Shown here in pieces: positions 49,067 to 59,310 of a DNA stretch of 64,000 nucleotides. Every line of letters starts with the position of its first letter. Position 1 is the stretch's first letter. The translations under genes were made by a program, and so were the position numbers. A model generated the notes under the pieces. That model made no database searches and was not told where the DNA came from. It saw only the letters and a list, made by a program, of their open reading frames with translations. Source of the stretch: an uncultured delta proteobacterium (GTDB lineage Bacteria; Desulfobacterota; BSN033; UBA1163); the NCBI GenBank assembly GCA_963827685.1, contig CAWHBU010000002.1, forward strand, positions 864,001 to 928,000. The letters run 5' to 3'.

Positions 49067-49423
49067 ATGCGACCGAGGTTTGATACTGATCCACAAGTCC
49101 TCAAGAAACAGGTGATCCTTGAAACCTACCGATCGAGAGGGCCAGGCGGGCAGAGGAAGAATAAGGTTGAAACGGCAGTCCGCTTAAAGCATCTCCCTTC
49201 CGGGGTCACAGCGGTGGCTACGGAACATCGATCCCAGTCAGAAAATCGAAAGCTCGCCTTTGAAAGGCTTCGTGAGCGCCTGATTAAGTTGAATCGGCCA
49301 AGGAGACGCCGAATACCCACCTCACTCCCTTTGGGTGCCGTTGAAAAAAGAATGGAAGAAAAAAAGATTCGCTCCACAAAGAAACATTTGAGACAAAAAC
49401 CCCTAAAAGAGTTGGAGGAGTAA
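49067..49423 (+). CDS. Short class-I release-factor homolog (ArfB-like ribosome rescue)
   Basis: RSRGPGGQRKNKVETAVRLKHLPSG, RSQSENR, basic tail. Confidence 0.85.
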   Translation: MRPRFDTDPQVLKKQVILETYRSRGPGGQRKNKVETAVRLKHLPSGVTAVATEHRSQSENRKLAFERLRERLIKLNRPRRRRIPTSLPLGAVEKRMEEKKIRSTKKHLRQKPLKELEE

Positions 49424-49458
49424 AATTAGAGAAGATCCAGCCAGTTGAAAGGAAGATA

Positions 49459-49884
49459 ATGGACAATAAGGTAAAAGAAGCGATCTTCAGAAAAGTGGAA
49501 ACTGAACCTTTTGTTCAAAAGTTCGGAATCAAACTTTTGGACCTGGATGAAGGATATTCCAAGGTGGAAATGAAATTCACTCCCGATATGGAAAATATCT
49601 TGGGCATGGCCCACGGTGGAGCGTTATTCGCCTTGATTGATGAGGCGTTTGAAACCGCTTCAAACTCCCATGGGACTGTGGCAGTGGCTTTGAACATGAA
49701 CATTGCCTATGTGTCTTCCCCTCCCCTTGGAAGCAGATTGGTCGCTGAGGCACGGGAGTTTAATCGGACCCATAGGACTGCTGGCTACGAAATCAAGGTA
49801 CTTGATGAACGCAAAAATCTGATCGCCTCTTGTCAGGCCCTGGTCTACCGAAAAGATGAGAAGCTTCCCTTCCTCAAAGACTAA
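49459..49884 (+). CDS. PaaI-family hotdog thioesterase
   Basis: NILGMAHGGALFALIDEAFETASNSHG. Confidence 0.9.
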   Translation: MDNKVKEAIFRKVETEPFVQKFGIKLLDLDEGYSKVEMKFTPDMENILGMAHGGALFALIDEAFETASNSHGTVAVALNMNIAYVSSPPLGSRLVAEAREFNRTHRTAGYEIKVLDERKNLIASCQALVYRKDEKLPFLKD

Positions 49885-49922
49885 AAAAGGGGTTAGAAGC
49901 ATTCTTCGCGTCTCCCAACCCC
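49883..49922 (-). terminator. Intrinsic terminator downstream of tRNA
   Basis: Minus strand ggggttgggag...ttctaacccc followed by T6. Confidence 0.6.
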
Positions 49923-49933
49923 TCGGATTGTTT

Positions 49934-50010
<77 letters not shown>

Positions 50011-50177
50011 ATCTAATGATCTAATCATTTCTAATCCATCCATAATAATTTGTCAACCCTTTCGACTTCCTTATCTAACCAAAGATGAAGTGATCAGTGT
50101 TGACAACCCCCCATCCGTCCCGTAGAATACGTTGAAAACATGCTGAAAGGCAGATGTGCCAATATGACAAAATTTTT

Positions 50178-51359
50178 ATGAAGAAAACCATTACCCTTTA
50201 CATCTTAGAGGAAATTCTCCCTATTTTTTTCATCGGCCTGATGACCTTCACGATTATCCTTCTGATGGATAAAATCTTCAAGCTGATCGAATTGATTATC
50301 AATAGGGGTGGAAATGTTACGAACATCTTGATGCTCCTGGTCTTCATCGCCCCTTCTTTTCTCACCTTTACTATCCCCACGTCACTCCTTCTCGGAATTC
50401 TTCTCACCTTTGGTCGGCTATCGGGAGATAGTGAAATTACTGCCTTCAAAGCTTCAGGAATCAGTCTTTATCAGCTTTATATCCCCGTCGCTCTTTTTTC
50501 CATCAGTGCCTTTCTCGTCACAGGTTTCTTAGTCTTCTACGGCCTCCCATGGGGCAACCGTGGCTTTATATCCACACTCTCTCTCATTGCCCAATCTAAG
50601 CCGGACGTTGAAGTCAAGGAGCGAGTTTTCAACGACAGCTTCAAAGGCCTCGTGGTCTATGTGGACAAAGTTCCCATGCAAGGGAAAAAAATGGAGGGGA
50701 TTTTGATTTATGATGAAAGAGAGAGTGCGAATGTCAGTACCATCTTTGCTCAAGAAGGTTTTCTCGTCAGCAATCCCTCATCTCAAGAAGTGGTATTAAT
50801 GCTGCTCAATGGAAATATTCATCGGTTTGAACCCCAGACCAAGGCATATCGAAAAATACAATTTGACGCCTATGATCTAAAAATTGAATTTGGGAAGACC
50901 ATCGCTGACATTCAAAGGAAGCTTAAAGAACATGAGATGTCGATTGGTGAGATCAAAGAAAAGATAGAAAAGATGAAGAAAGAAGGCGAAGACCCTACGC
51001 CTCAGGAGGTAGAACTCCACAAACGATATGCCATTCCCTTTGCCTGCATCGTTTTTGGCCTCATTGGCGTCCCTCTGGGAATTCAACCCCGACGTTCAGG
51101 AAGATCGTACGGGTTCGTCTTCAGCATTCTCATCTTGTTGGCTTACTATGTTTCCCTCATCGCCTTCGAAATGCTCGCTGTGAGAAAAGCGATGCCCGCC
51201 TTCGTGGCAGGTTGGTTTCCTACCTTCCTGTTCGGGGCTCTGGGTATTTACCTTCTGATTAAGGCGGCGAATGAATCACCTTTCAAGCCGGCTGTATGGG
51301 TGATCGAAAGTCTCGATCTCCTCCAGAAAAAATGGAGAAAGCCTTTTGACCATGTTTAA
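50178..51359 (+). CDS. lptF: LPS export permease
   Basis: RLSGDSEITAFKASGIS, ELHKRYAIP; paired with lptG. Confidence 0.9.
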   Translation: MKKTITLYILEEILPIFFIGLMTFTIILLMDKIFKLIELIINRGGNVTNILMLLVFIAPSFLTFTIPTSLLLGILLTFGRLSGDSEITAFKASGISLYQLYIPVALFSISAFLVTGFLVFYGLPWGNRGFISTLSLIAQSKPDVEVKERVFNDSFKGLVVYVDKVPMQGKKMEGILIYDERESANVSTIFAQEGFLVSNPSSQEVVLMLLNGNIHRFEPQTKAYRKIQFDAYDLKIEFGKTIADIQRKLKEHEMSIGEIKEKIEKMKKEGEDPTPQEVELHKRYAIPFACIVFGLIGVPLGIQPRRSGRSYGFVFSILILLAYYVSLIAFEMLAVRKAMPAFVAGWFPTFLFGALGIYLLIKAANESPFKPAVWVIESLDLLQKKWRKPFDHV

Positions 51360-52446
51360 TCATCATCCGATCCTCCATCGCTATGTCATTCGCGAGTTTC
51401 TAAAAATATTTGGCTTAAGTCTAAGCAGTTTGATCCTCATCTATGTCGTCGTGCTGTTTTTCCAAAAGATGAATCTCTTCAGCCAGTATAACGCTCCTTT
51501 CCACCTGATCTTCGTTTATTTCCTTTACAAAATCCCGGAGGTAATTTTTCAATGGACCCTTCCTTACGCGATTCTATTGGCGACCCTTCTCACCCTGAGC
51601 GGCTTCTCTCGCAACAGTGAGATTACAGCAATGAAAGCAGGAGGGGTCAGCCTTTACCGGATTACGTTCCCATTGCTTATCATTGCCCTCATTATCAGTT
51701 TCCTTTCCTTCCTCGGTAATGAATACCTCGTTCCCGTCACCTACCAAAAAACCCGATACCTACTGGATGTTCAGGTTCGAAAAGAAATACCAGCGAGTTT
51801 CTTTAAGAATTATAAGATATGGTATCGCAGCGATCACCGCATTTTGAATATCCAACTTCTCGACCCTCGGAGAAAGGCCTTGAGCGGCTTTACCCTTTAC
51901 GAATTGGATGACCATTTTCAGTGTAGGAAACGGATTGATGCCCGAGAGGTGAAATGGGTAGAAGGCCAATGGTGGTTCTATGACGGAACTGTCCGCGATT
52001 TTGGAGAGAACGGTTTTACCCAGGTTACTCCTTTTGACAAAATCGAATTCAATTTGGGGGAGGATTGGGAATCTTTGCGAAGAATCGGGCGAAATTCGGA
52101 AGAGATGAGTTACGGAGAGCTTTGGACTTACATCCAGAAGATCCAAGCGTCAGGCTACGACGCAACCCGATATCTTGTCGATCTCTATTCTAAGCTCTCT
52201 ACCCCTTTCTTAAACTTGATCATGGTCCTGATCGGAATTCCCTTCGCCTTGAAAACCAGCCGGTCTGGGGGGGTAGCTTTGAGCGTCGGGATTAGTGTGA
52301 TGATTGGCTTTACCTACGGTGTCATCTTTTACATTTTTATATCCTTCGGAAGATCGGGGGTTCTCTCTCCCTTCCTCTCCTGCTGGATCCCTACCCTGCT
52401 CTTCGGCCTGGCTGGAATTTTCACCTTGATGAGCATTAGACAATGA
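51352..52446 (+). CDS. lptG: LPS export permease
   Basis: SRNSEITAMKAGGVS, EEMSYGEL. Confidence 0.9.
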   Translation: MFNHHPILHRYVIREFLKIFGLSLSSLILIYVVVLFFQKMNLFSQYNAPFHLIFVYFLYKIPEVIFQWTLPYAILLATLLTLSGFSRNSEITAMKAGGVSLYRITFPLLIIALIISFLSFLGNEYLVPVTYQKTRYLLDVQVRKEIPASFFKNYKIWYRSDHRILNIQLLDPRRKALSGFTLYELDDHFQCRKRIDAREVKWVEGQWWFYDGTVRDFGENGFTQVTPFDKIEFNLGEDWESLRRIGRNSEEMSYGELWTYIQKIQASGYDATRYLVDLYSKLSTPFLNLIMVLIGIPFALKTSRSGGVALSVGISVMIGFTYGVIFYIFISFGRSGVLSPFLSCWIPTLLFGLAGIFTLMSIRQ

Positions 52447-52566
52447 ATTTCAGCATGGCGCAGAGCGCATAGGGCATGGCGTTAAAGATTCAAAAGTCTC
52501 GTAGCCCCATCTTTTTGACTTCTTTTTCGCTACGCGCTTTGCCCTATGCTCTTTGCGTGAGGTGGG

Positions 52567-53295
52567 TTAGGGACCGGTGAGCGCATTCAGATAGGCATTG
52601 ATCTCTTTAAACGTATCGGTCAGGAAGAGAATTCCAATGCCAATCAGGAAAAGACCGCTCACGATGTTGATAGCCCTCATGTATCTTTTAATTTTATCGA
52701 AGGCAGAGAGGAATGAATTAAAAGCCAGAGAGGAAAGAAAAAAGGGAATTCCCAGGCCTATGGAATAGTAAGTCAACAGCAGGATTCCCGTCGTAAAACT
52801 TTTGGATGTACTGGCATAGATGAGGATCGTCGAAAGGATTGGTCCGATACAAGGGGTCCACCCTGCAGCAAAAGCCACTCCCACAAGGAATGAGCCTACA
52901 TAACCCAGGGGTTTCTTCCTCATCTCAAATCTCTTTTCCATTTGCAGAAAAGGAATATTGATGATTCCTGTGAAATGGATACCCAGGAGGATGATGAGCA
53001 CCCCTCCTCCTTTCATGATCCAATATTGATATTGAGCCAATAACTGTCCGAGATAGGTGGCCGAGGCACCCATCAGGATAAAAACCAATGAAAATCCTAT
53101 GATGAAGAATAGGGAATGAAAGATAGTCACCCACCTCAACCTCGATTTGGCTTCCACATCTGTGAGTTCTTTGAAGGAAGCCCCTGTGATGTAAGTGACA
53201 TATGAGGGGACCAGGGGAAGAACGCAGGGCGAAGCGAAGGAGAGAAGTCCTGCCGAGAAGGCGATCATCCCTGAAATCTGTTGGGGCTGGCTCAT
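52567..53295 (-). CDS. ccdA: Cytochrome c biogenesis protein
   Basis: AGLLSFASPCVLPLVP, GWTPCIGPIL. Confidence 0.93.
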   Translation of the reverse strand: MSQPQQISGMIAFSAGLLSFASPCVLPLVPSYVTYITGASFKELTDVEAKSRLRWVTIFHSLFFIIGFSLVFILMGASATYLGQLLAQYQYWIMKGGGVLIILLGIHFTGIINIPFLQMEKRFEMRKKPLGYVGSFLVGVAFAAGWTPCIGPILSTILIYASTSKSFTTGILLLTYYSIGLGIPFFLSSLAFNSFLSAFDKIKRYMRAINIVSGLFLIGIGILFLTDTFKEINAYLNALTGP

Positions 53296-53361
53296 GGCTA
53301 GTTAAAATCATTATACTGCATTCTTCGTCAAAAAAAAATGTTTTTATTATCAGGCTTTACC

Positions 53362-53598
53362 GTTGACCCGTTCGGCGGCGCCAAGGCTTCGGCGTGAGCT
53401 CGGCCGAACGCCCCGCCTTTGAAGGCAGAGTAAAGAAGCGCCACTCAGGGTCAACCCCTGCCTACCGGCAGGCAGGCTGAGCCCCTCGGCCTGAGCGGCT
53501 CGACTGAGCTCGCCGAAGTCTCGGGTCGAAGGCCTGCCCTGCACCGTTCTGGTGCAGGGCAGGCCCCGACCTTCAGGTCGGGGAGTCGAAGGGTTGAC
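53362..53598. repeat. Multiply nested palindromic element cluster
   Basis: GTTGAC/GTCAAC scaffold containing cttcggcgtgagctcggccgaacg, cctgcctaccggcaggcagg, ccctcgg...cgaagg, cctgcacc...ggtgcagg. Confidence 0.75.
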
Positions 53599-53782
53599 AA
53601 CTCATTCGGTTGATGATAATTTTTTAAACATCTTTGGTTAGATAGGAACATGTCTAAGCCTGAGAGTTTTCTTCTAATAATAATGCCTCCAAAGATCTCC
53701 CCTCCCCTCGCGGGGAGATCTTTGGAAAATCTCAAATGCTTTTGGGGTAGACTTCATTAAATATTTTGAAGGGAGGAGGATC

Positions 53783-54100
53783 ATGGCAATTTTAGAAATC
53801 AGTGTCGTGCCCATTGGCACCGGTGATACGAGCCTCAGCGCTTATGTGGCAGATTGCCTTCGTATTTTGAAGAAAGAAAAAGTGCGTTACGAACTTTCGT
53901 CAATGGGAACAAACATCGAGGGGAATCTTAAAGATCTATTCAAAATCGCCTTTAAAATGCACCAGACCCCTTTTAAGAAAGGAGCCCTTCGAGTTTCAAC
54001 CACTTTAAAGATCGATGATCGAAGAGATAAGAAGGGTACTCTGGAAGGAAAAAAGAAGGCTGTCCAAAGTAAGTTAAGACGAAAGAGTTATGAGTTATGA
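53783..54100 (+). CDS. MTH1187-family thiamine-binding protein
   Basis: ISVVPIGT, SAYVAD, MGTNIEG, LKIDDRRDK. Confidence 0.9.
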   Translation: MAILEISVVPIGTGDTSLSAYVADCLRILKKEKVRYELSSMGTNIEGNLKDLFKIAFKMHQTPFKKGALRVSTTLKIDDRRDKKGTLEGKKKAVQSKLRRKSYEL

Positions 54101-54186
54101 ATTATGAATTTACAGTTGAGAATTGAATTGATTTCTTCATTCTTTTCATTATACTAAAAATACCTTTGTACCATAGGAGGTTTAAC

Positions 54187-54843
54187 ATGAAGATCAAATG
54201 GTATGGACATGCAGCTTTCTTGATCACATCCAATCAGGGGACTAAGATCATTGTAGACCCTTATGAACCCGGGGCTTTTGGCGGCCAACTTTCCTATGGA
54301 AAGATCAAAGACCAGGCAGATATTGTTGTCACCACCCATGATCACGCCGATCACAATTATACCAAAGATCTTCCTGGAACTCCTCAGGTCGTCAAAGGGA
54401 GCGGTTCCAAAACGGTGAAAGGAATACCGATTAAGGGCGTTGTCACCTATCACGACCCTTCTAAGGGGAGTGAACGAGGCGTCAACACCGTCTTCACCTT
54501 CAAGGTCGATCATATTCAGCTCTGTCACCTTGGAGACTTGGGCCATCTCCTGAGCGATAAAGAATTAGCTGAGATCGGCCCGGTGGATATTCTTCTAATC
54601 CCTGTGGGAGGATTTTTCACGATCGATCCGATAGAAGCAACCCGTGTCGCCGACCAGATAAAACCTAAAATCGTCATCCCCATGCATTTCAAGACGGAGA
54701 AATGCGGATTTCCTATTGCACCGGTGGAAGACTTTCTGAAAGGAAAAACGAACACAAAGCGACCCAAGGCTAATGAGGCCACTTTTGACAAAGCGACTCT
54801 TCCTCAGCAGATGGAGATTGTGGTCTTAGAACACGCCTTGTGA
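54187..54843 (+). CDS. MBL-fold metal hydrolase
   Basis: WYGHAAF, THDHADH, HLGDLGH, IPMHF. Confidence 0.9.
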   Translation: MKIKWYGHAAFLITSNQGTKIIVDPYEPGAFGGQLSYGKIKDQADIVVTTHDHADHNYTKDLPGTPQVVKGSGSKTVKGIPIKGVVTYHDPSKGSERGVNTVFTFKVDHIQLCHLGDLGHLLSDKELAEIGPVDILLIPVGGFFTIDPIEATRVADQIKPKIVIPMHFKTEKCGFPIAPVEDFLKGKTNTKRPKANEATFDKATLPQQMEIVVLEHAL

Positions 54844-54909
54844 ACCCCGTTAGAAAGGGTGGGCTTCTCAATCCTACCCTTTCTTGATATAGGGATAGGG
54901 GCTTATATT

Positions 54910-55042
54910 GAAGCTCACCGGCCACAGGCCGGGGCTTCCCGGGCACGCAGTGGCGAGCGGAAAGCGAGCAAAGGAAATATCGTTTTAATTGTGCCCCTTA
55001 ACCCCGCCTACAAGGCGGGGCTTGCGGGGCACTTGCCGGTCA
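54910..55042. mobile_element. Non-autonomous element resembling IS200/IS605-type ends
   Basis: Homologous to 17078-17183; ccccgcctacaaggcgggg hairpin. Confidence 0.55.
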
Positions 55043-55084
55043 GCCTGCTGTAATGGGTACGTTTTTTTAGCAGGGGCGGAACTT

Positions 55085-55627
55085 ATGGAAGAACAACGTC
55101 TCAATCTTTTGTTCTCTCAGAAACACATTGCTTCCATCGTCCAAGGTTTGGCAGATCAAATCTCGAAGGATTATAACGGAAGGGAATTGGTGTTGGTCTG
55201 CATCCTGAAAGGGGCCTTCATGTTTCTGTCCGACCTGGTTCGTCATCTCAAGATCCCTGTGAAAGTCGATTTTGTAAGATTAGCCAGTTATGGATCGGGA
55301 ATGGAGAGTTCCGGTAATATTGAAATCACAAAAGACATTGAGCTTCCCATCGAAGGCAAGGATGTCCTCATCATCGAAGATATCATCGATAGCGGTCACA
55401 CCCTCCAGTTTTTGAAAGACCGCATAACCCTCTCCAATCCTCGTTCTGTTAAGATATGCGCCCTTTTAGACAAGAAGGCCCGCAGAGAGGTCGAGATGAA
55501 GGCGGATTATCTCGGAATCGAGGTGGATGACGTTTTCATCGTCGGTTACGGGATTGACTTCAATGAGAACTATCGCTATTTACCTGAGATTTATTATGTC
55601 ACCACCGTCAATCACCCAAAGGGATAA
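55085..55627 (+). CDS. hpt: Hypoxanthine phosphoribosyltransferase
   Basis: ILKGAFMFLSDL, VLIIEDIIDSGHTL, VGYGID. Confidence 0.95.
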   Translation: MEEQRLNLLFSQKHIASIVQGLADQISKDYNGRELVLVCILKGAFMFLSDLVRHLKIPVKVDFVRLASYGSGMESSGNIEITKDIELPIEGKDVLIIEDIIDSGHTLQFLKDRITLSNPRSVKICALLDKKARREVEMKADYLGIEVDDVFIVGYGIDFNENYRYLPEIYYVTTVNHPKG

Positions 55628-57368
55628 GGGACGGAAGTTCATCCTCCTGCTTCTTCTTTTGCTCTTCCTGCAAGGTCCTGCCTTCGCCCAGCCCCAGCCC
55701 GATGACACAGCTCTTTTCAGGGAAGGAGAGATCTTTCTTTCAAGAGGAGATACGGAAAGGGCACTGTGGCGTTTTAAGAGCGTGGTTACGGATTTTCCCC
55801 AGAGCCCTCTCTTCAATGAAGCCAAATTCAGGATGGGGGTCTGTTACACCCGGCTCAAAAGGCCTCGAGATGCCATTCGCATTCTCAACGAACTCTTCCC
55901 CACTTTCCTTTCCCCATCCAGAATGGTAGAGATCTTTAGTCTGCTGGGAGACAACTACCTCGAATTAAAGGATCGGCTCACCGCTCTCCATTGGTACGGG
56001 AAGGGTCTTCTCATTCCCGGTCAACCCCGCGGGGAACTGAGGCTGAAGGTAAAATCCACGATGGACGCCTCTGATACAGAAGAGGAATTGAAGTCCATTG
56101 AATCTCTCTACCGCGGCACCTATGCGGGAGGGTATGCCAAATTGAAATTGGCCCAGATGGCAAAGCGCCAAGGAAACGATCTTGTAGCAAAAAGATATTT
56201 AACGGAATTGGAAAAAGAATATCAAGGCACGGATTATATGATTCAGGCCAAAGAGCTTTTGGCCACGATCTCTCTTTCCATGAGATCTAAATATACAGTG
56301 GGGGTTATTCTCCCTTTAAGCGGGGTTTATAGACCCTTCGGAGAACGGGCTTTGCAGGGAATCCAATCGGCTATTCGAGAAACGGATTACCCCCTGATCT
56401 CATTGGCCGTCCGTGATTCTAAAGGGAGTCCAGGGGAAGCAGAAAAGGCTGTTGAGGAGTTGGTGAACAATGAGAGAGTAATTGCCATCATTGGCCCCCT
56501 TCTCAGCATCGATGTTGACCAGGCAGCAAAAAAGGCCCGGCAATTAAAAGTCCCTCTTCTCACCTTCTCCCAGAAGGAGCCCTCTTCTAATAAGGAGAAT
56601 TTCGTTTTTCAGAATTCCATTACTCCCTCGGAACAGATCCAGACGCTTGTTGGCTATATTACTAAAGAATTGAAACTTCGCACCTTCGCGGTCTTTTATC
56701 CCAACTCCCCTTATGGCCTTTATTTTAAGGACCTCTTCAATCAAGAGGTTACCCAAAAGGGTGGAAAGGTTTTAGGATCCGTTCTCTATCAAGAGGATCA
56801 GACAGATTTCAGTCAGGAGATCAAGGGATTCTTTAAGATCAAAGCCATCCAAAAACCTGATACGAAGAAAAAGAAAGAGGATGAGTTCAAACCCCTTCTC
56901 TCTGTCGATGGAGTCTTTATTCCTGACAGTCATGATCGCGTGGGCATGATCCTTTCCCAAATGGCTTATTATGATGTACAAGAGATTTTTCTCGGGACCA
57001 ACTCTTGGAATGGCCCGGGCCTGATCTCAATTGGAGGGAAAGGAGCCGAAGGGTCGATCTTTGTCGATACTTTCTTTAAAAAGAACCCCTCCGCTTTGGT
57101 GGCTCGTTTTGTCGAAGAATTTCGAAAAACCTACCAACGGGATCCCGAGACCCTCGAAGCCTTAAGTTATGATGGAGCCAAATTCGTGAAAGAGATTCTT
57201 CAATCGAAGTCCGTCTCCTCTCCTTTGCAACTGCAAGAAGAACTCCACCGGGTTAAGAATTTTCAGGGAGTTTCTGGTCTAAAGGGTTTCGGAGAAGACG
57301 GAAAAGCGATTCGGACCCTCTGCATCCTGAGGGTCAATAAAGGCCAAATTGAACTGATCTCACCATGA
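55596..57368 (+). CDS. LpoA-like penicillin-binding protein activator (TPR + periplasmic binding fold)
   Basis: Signal peptide, TPR-like N-half, VGVILPLSG, AIIGPLLS, FQGVSG. Confidence 0.75.
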   Translation: MSPPSITQRDKGRKFILLLLLLLFLQGPAFAQPQPDDTALFREGEIFLSRGDTERALWRFKSVVTDFPQSPLFNEAKFRMGVCYTRLKRPRDAIRILNELFPTFLSPSRMVEIFSLLGDNYLELKDRLTALHWYGKGLLIPGQPRGELRLKVKSTMDASDTEEELKSIESLYRGTYAGGYAKLKLAQMAKRQGNDLVAKRYLTELEKEYQGTDYMIQAKELLATISLSMRSKYTVGVILPLSGVYRPFGERALQGIQSAIRETDYPLISLAVRDSKGSPGEAEKAVEELVNNERVIAIIGPLLSIDVDQAAKKARQLKVPLLTFSQKEPSSNKENFVFQNSITPSEQIQTLVGYITKELKLRTFAVFYPNSPYGLYFKDLFNQEVTQKGGKVLGSVLYQEDQTDFSQEIKGFFKIKAIQKPDTKKKKEDEFKPLLSVDGVFIPDSHDRVGMILSQMAYYDVQEIFLGTNSWNGPGLISIGGKGAEGSIFVDTFFKKNPSALVARFVEEFRKTYQRDPETLEALSYDGAKFVKEILQSKSVSSPLQLQEELHRVKNFQGVSGLKGFGEDGKAIRTLCILRVNKGQIELISP

Positions 57369-58183
57369 TCCTTACTCGCCCCCCCTTTACTAAAGGGGGG
57401 CCTAGGGGGATTTTTCATCCAATAATGAAACCACTCCATTCCTGGAACGTCAGTGTGGAGGAAGCCATCCGGATTCAGGGGGCTCTGAAAGATCGAATCA
57501 TCCTGAAGAAAACATTTTCAAAAATTCACCCCGTTAATAATTCCAGCGGGGCATCAAACCCCGCCGAAATTATTCTGCGCCCTAACCCCGCTGTAGAACA
57601 GCGGCGTATCATTTCTAACGGGGTGAAAACCATCGGAGGAGGAGATGTTGCCTATTCCAAAGATGGGAATCTTCTCTTCGGCGCGATTGTTGTTCTCTCA
57701 TTCCCGGATATGGAAATCCTCGATATGGCCACGGCTGATGGAAAGATCCCTTTCCCCTATATCCCCGGCCTTTTAAGTTTTCGGGAAGGGCCGATTCTGA
57801 TCAAAACCTTTCAGAGACTAAAACTAAAGCCCGATGTCATGATTTATGATGGTCAAGGCATTGCCCATCCCAGAAAAATGGGGCTTGCCTCTCACATGGG
57901 TTTATGGCTCGACCTTCCGTCCATTGGCTGTGCAAAGACCCCTTTGTTAGATAAATTTCTCTCCCCAGAGGTTTCAAAAGGAAGTTATAAATGGATTTTT
58001 AGGGGCAGGGAAAAAGTGGGTGCCGTTCTTAGAACAAAAGAGAAGGTGAAACCTCTTTTCATCTCACCAGGTCATCGCGTCGATTTATCGACCAGCATTC
58101 AGCTCATCCTCGAAAGCTGCCGGGGATTCCGAATACCCGAACCCCTTAGAAAAGCCCATCAACTCTCACGTAAAATGCTGTAA
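57365..58183 (+). CDS. nfi: Endonuclease V carrying in-frame repeat insertions
   Basis: GGDVAY, FPYIPGLLSFREGP, DGQGIAHPR, GCAK, SPGH, RIPEPLR. Confidence 0.93.
   Translation: MILTRPPFTKGGPRGIFHPIMKPLHSWNVSVEEAIRIQGALKDRIILKKTFSKIHPVNNSSGASNPAEIILRPNPAVEQRRIISNGVKTIGGGDVAYSKDGNLLFGAIVVLSFPDMEILDMATADGKIPFPYIPGLLSFREGPILIKTFQRLKLKPDVMIYDGQGIAHPRKMGLASHMGLWLDLPSIGCAKTPLLDKFLSPEVSKGSYKWIFRGREKVGAVLRTKEKVKPLFISPGHRVDLSTSIQLILESCRGFRIPEPLRKAHQLSRKML
57527..57625. mobile_element. 99-bp MITE inserted in frame in nfi
   Basis: caccccgtta...taacggggtg TIRs; same family as 23639 and 31785. Confidence 0.85.
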
Positions 58184-58364
58184 GCTATTTAAAAACCCAG
58201 AAATCCCTTTAATCATTTTTTGAAATCCCTGCCTGCCGGCAGGCAGGTGTGCAATCAAGAAAACCTAAAAAACAATTGACATATTTAAACGTTATGCTAA
58301 TTTGTATGCAGAAACATACCTTCGTATTCCTCTTCTCTTAACTTAAAAAACGTGGGGTTGCCTG

Positions 58365-58538
58365 ATGGCCAGAATTCATATCTCAAATTATCCATCTGGT
58401 CGTATCATCGTTTCCTTCCCTTATGAAAAGACTACGGAGATTCATACTCATGTAAGCAACAAAGACTTCGTGAGGATAAGAAACCCTTTAGATCAGATTC
58501 TGCAGAACTACACTCTCATCTATCACTCAAATTTCTGA
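58365..58538 (+). pseudogene. Internally deleted integron-type tyrosine recombinase
   Basis: MARIHISNYPSGRIIVSFPYE joined to KTTEIHTHVSNKDFVRIRNPLD (box II TTxIYTH with Tyr to His). Confidence 0.7.
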
Positions 58539-58597
58539 GGTAAGGCGACACAGTCGTCTGTGAACGATTAGGCAAAAATAGGCACCGGGGCTAGGAC

Positions 58598-59155
58598 ATG
58601 AGAACTCATGTGTTTGCTATTACTTACACTGCCATCAGCTTAGTGATAGCACTCATCTCTGGATACTTTCTATATATTCAAAGCAAGAAACGAACCAGAA
58701 TTATCCTTTTCTTAATCCTGCTATGGATCATCTGCAGCACCATTATGAATGTTTATAACTACTTAGGTACGCGTCCAAAGGCAGCCTTGGTGTTGGAAGG
58801 GATTGAACAGCATTACGATCTCAACCCACCTAAATCCGTATTATTCCTTGTCGTGCTCAGGAATACCGGAAACGAGAAGGCAACTAATGTCGTTACGGAA
58901 CCCGTTATTTTCTATGATGATGAGGTCTTATACCAAGAAAAGACAAAACAGCCGGACATCAACCCAGGCCAACCTGTACGGCTGAGGATTGGTCTTACAG
59001 GAGACAAATTCCAGAGGGTATGGAATGGCAAGGCGAAGTTAAAGTTGCGTTTAACAGGATCGTTTTCTGGGGGAACCATAGATACAACAGCCGAATACGA
59101 GACGAATAAAGACGAGTTCCCAATTGTAATCCCTGGATGGAAAATAATCAGATGA
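58598..59155 (+). CDS. Hypothetical membrane protein (2 TM + Ig-like domain), cassette-like
   Basis: LRNTGNEKA...DINPGQ; followed by attC-like site. Confidence 0.7.
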   Translation: MRTHVFAITYTAISLVIALISGYFLYIQSKKRTRIILFLILLWIICSTIMNVYNYLGTRPKAALVLEGIEQHYDLNPPKSVLFLVVLRNTGNEKATNVVTEPVIFYDDEVLYQEKTKQPDINPGQPVRLRIGLTGDKFQRVWNGKAKLKLRLTGSFSGGTIDTTAEYETNKDEFPIVIPGWKIIR

Positions 59156-59170
59156 TAAAGAACGCCTATC

Positions 59171-59242
59171 TTCGCCTAAGCACCGCACAAACGGAGGGCT
59201 CAAAATCTGATGGCTTCGTCTGTGCCACACACGTTAGGCGAA
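59171..59242 (+). other. attC-like recombination site
   Basis: ttcgcctaag...gttaggcgaa with internal imperfect inverted repeat gcacaaacggag/cttcgtctgtgc. Confidence 0.65.
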
Positions 59243-59310
59243 ACACTGTGCCCTATTATCGGACAAGAGCGACGTCCATAAAATTATAAATTATTTTCTT
59301 TCCCGCACCC

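Noticed and set aside
53350-53735. ORFs over the nested palindrome cluster (also 8346-8562, 17018-17506, 48709-49104, 62019-62389)
   Set aside because: Largely translations of repeat elements or antisense overlaps, not genes.
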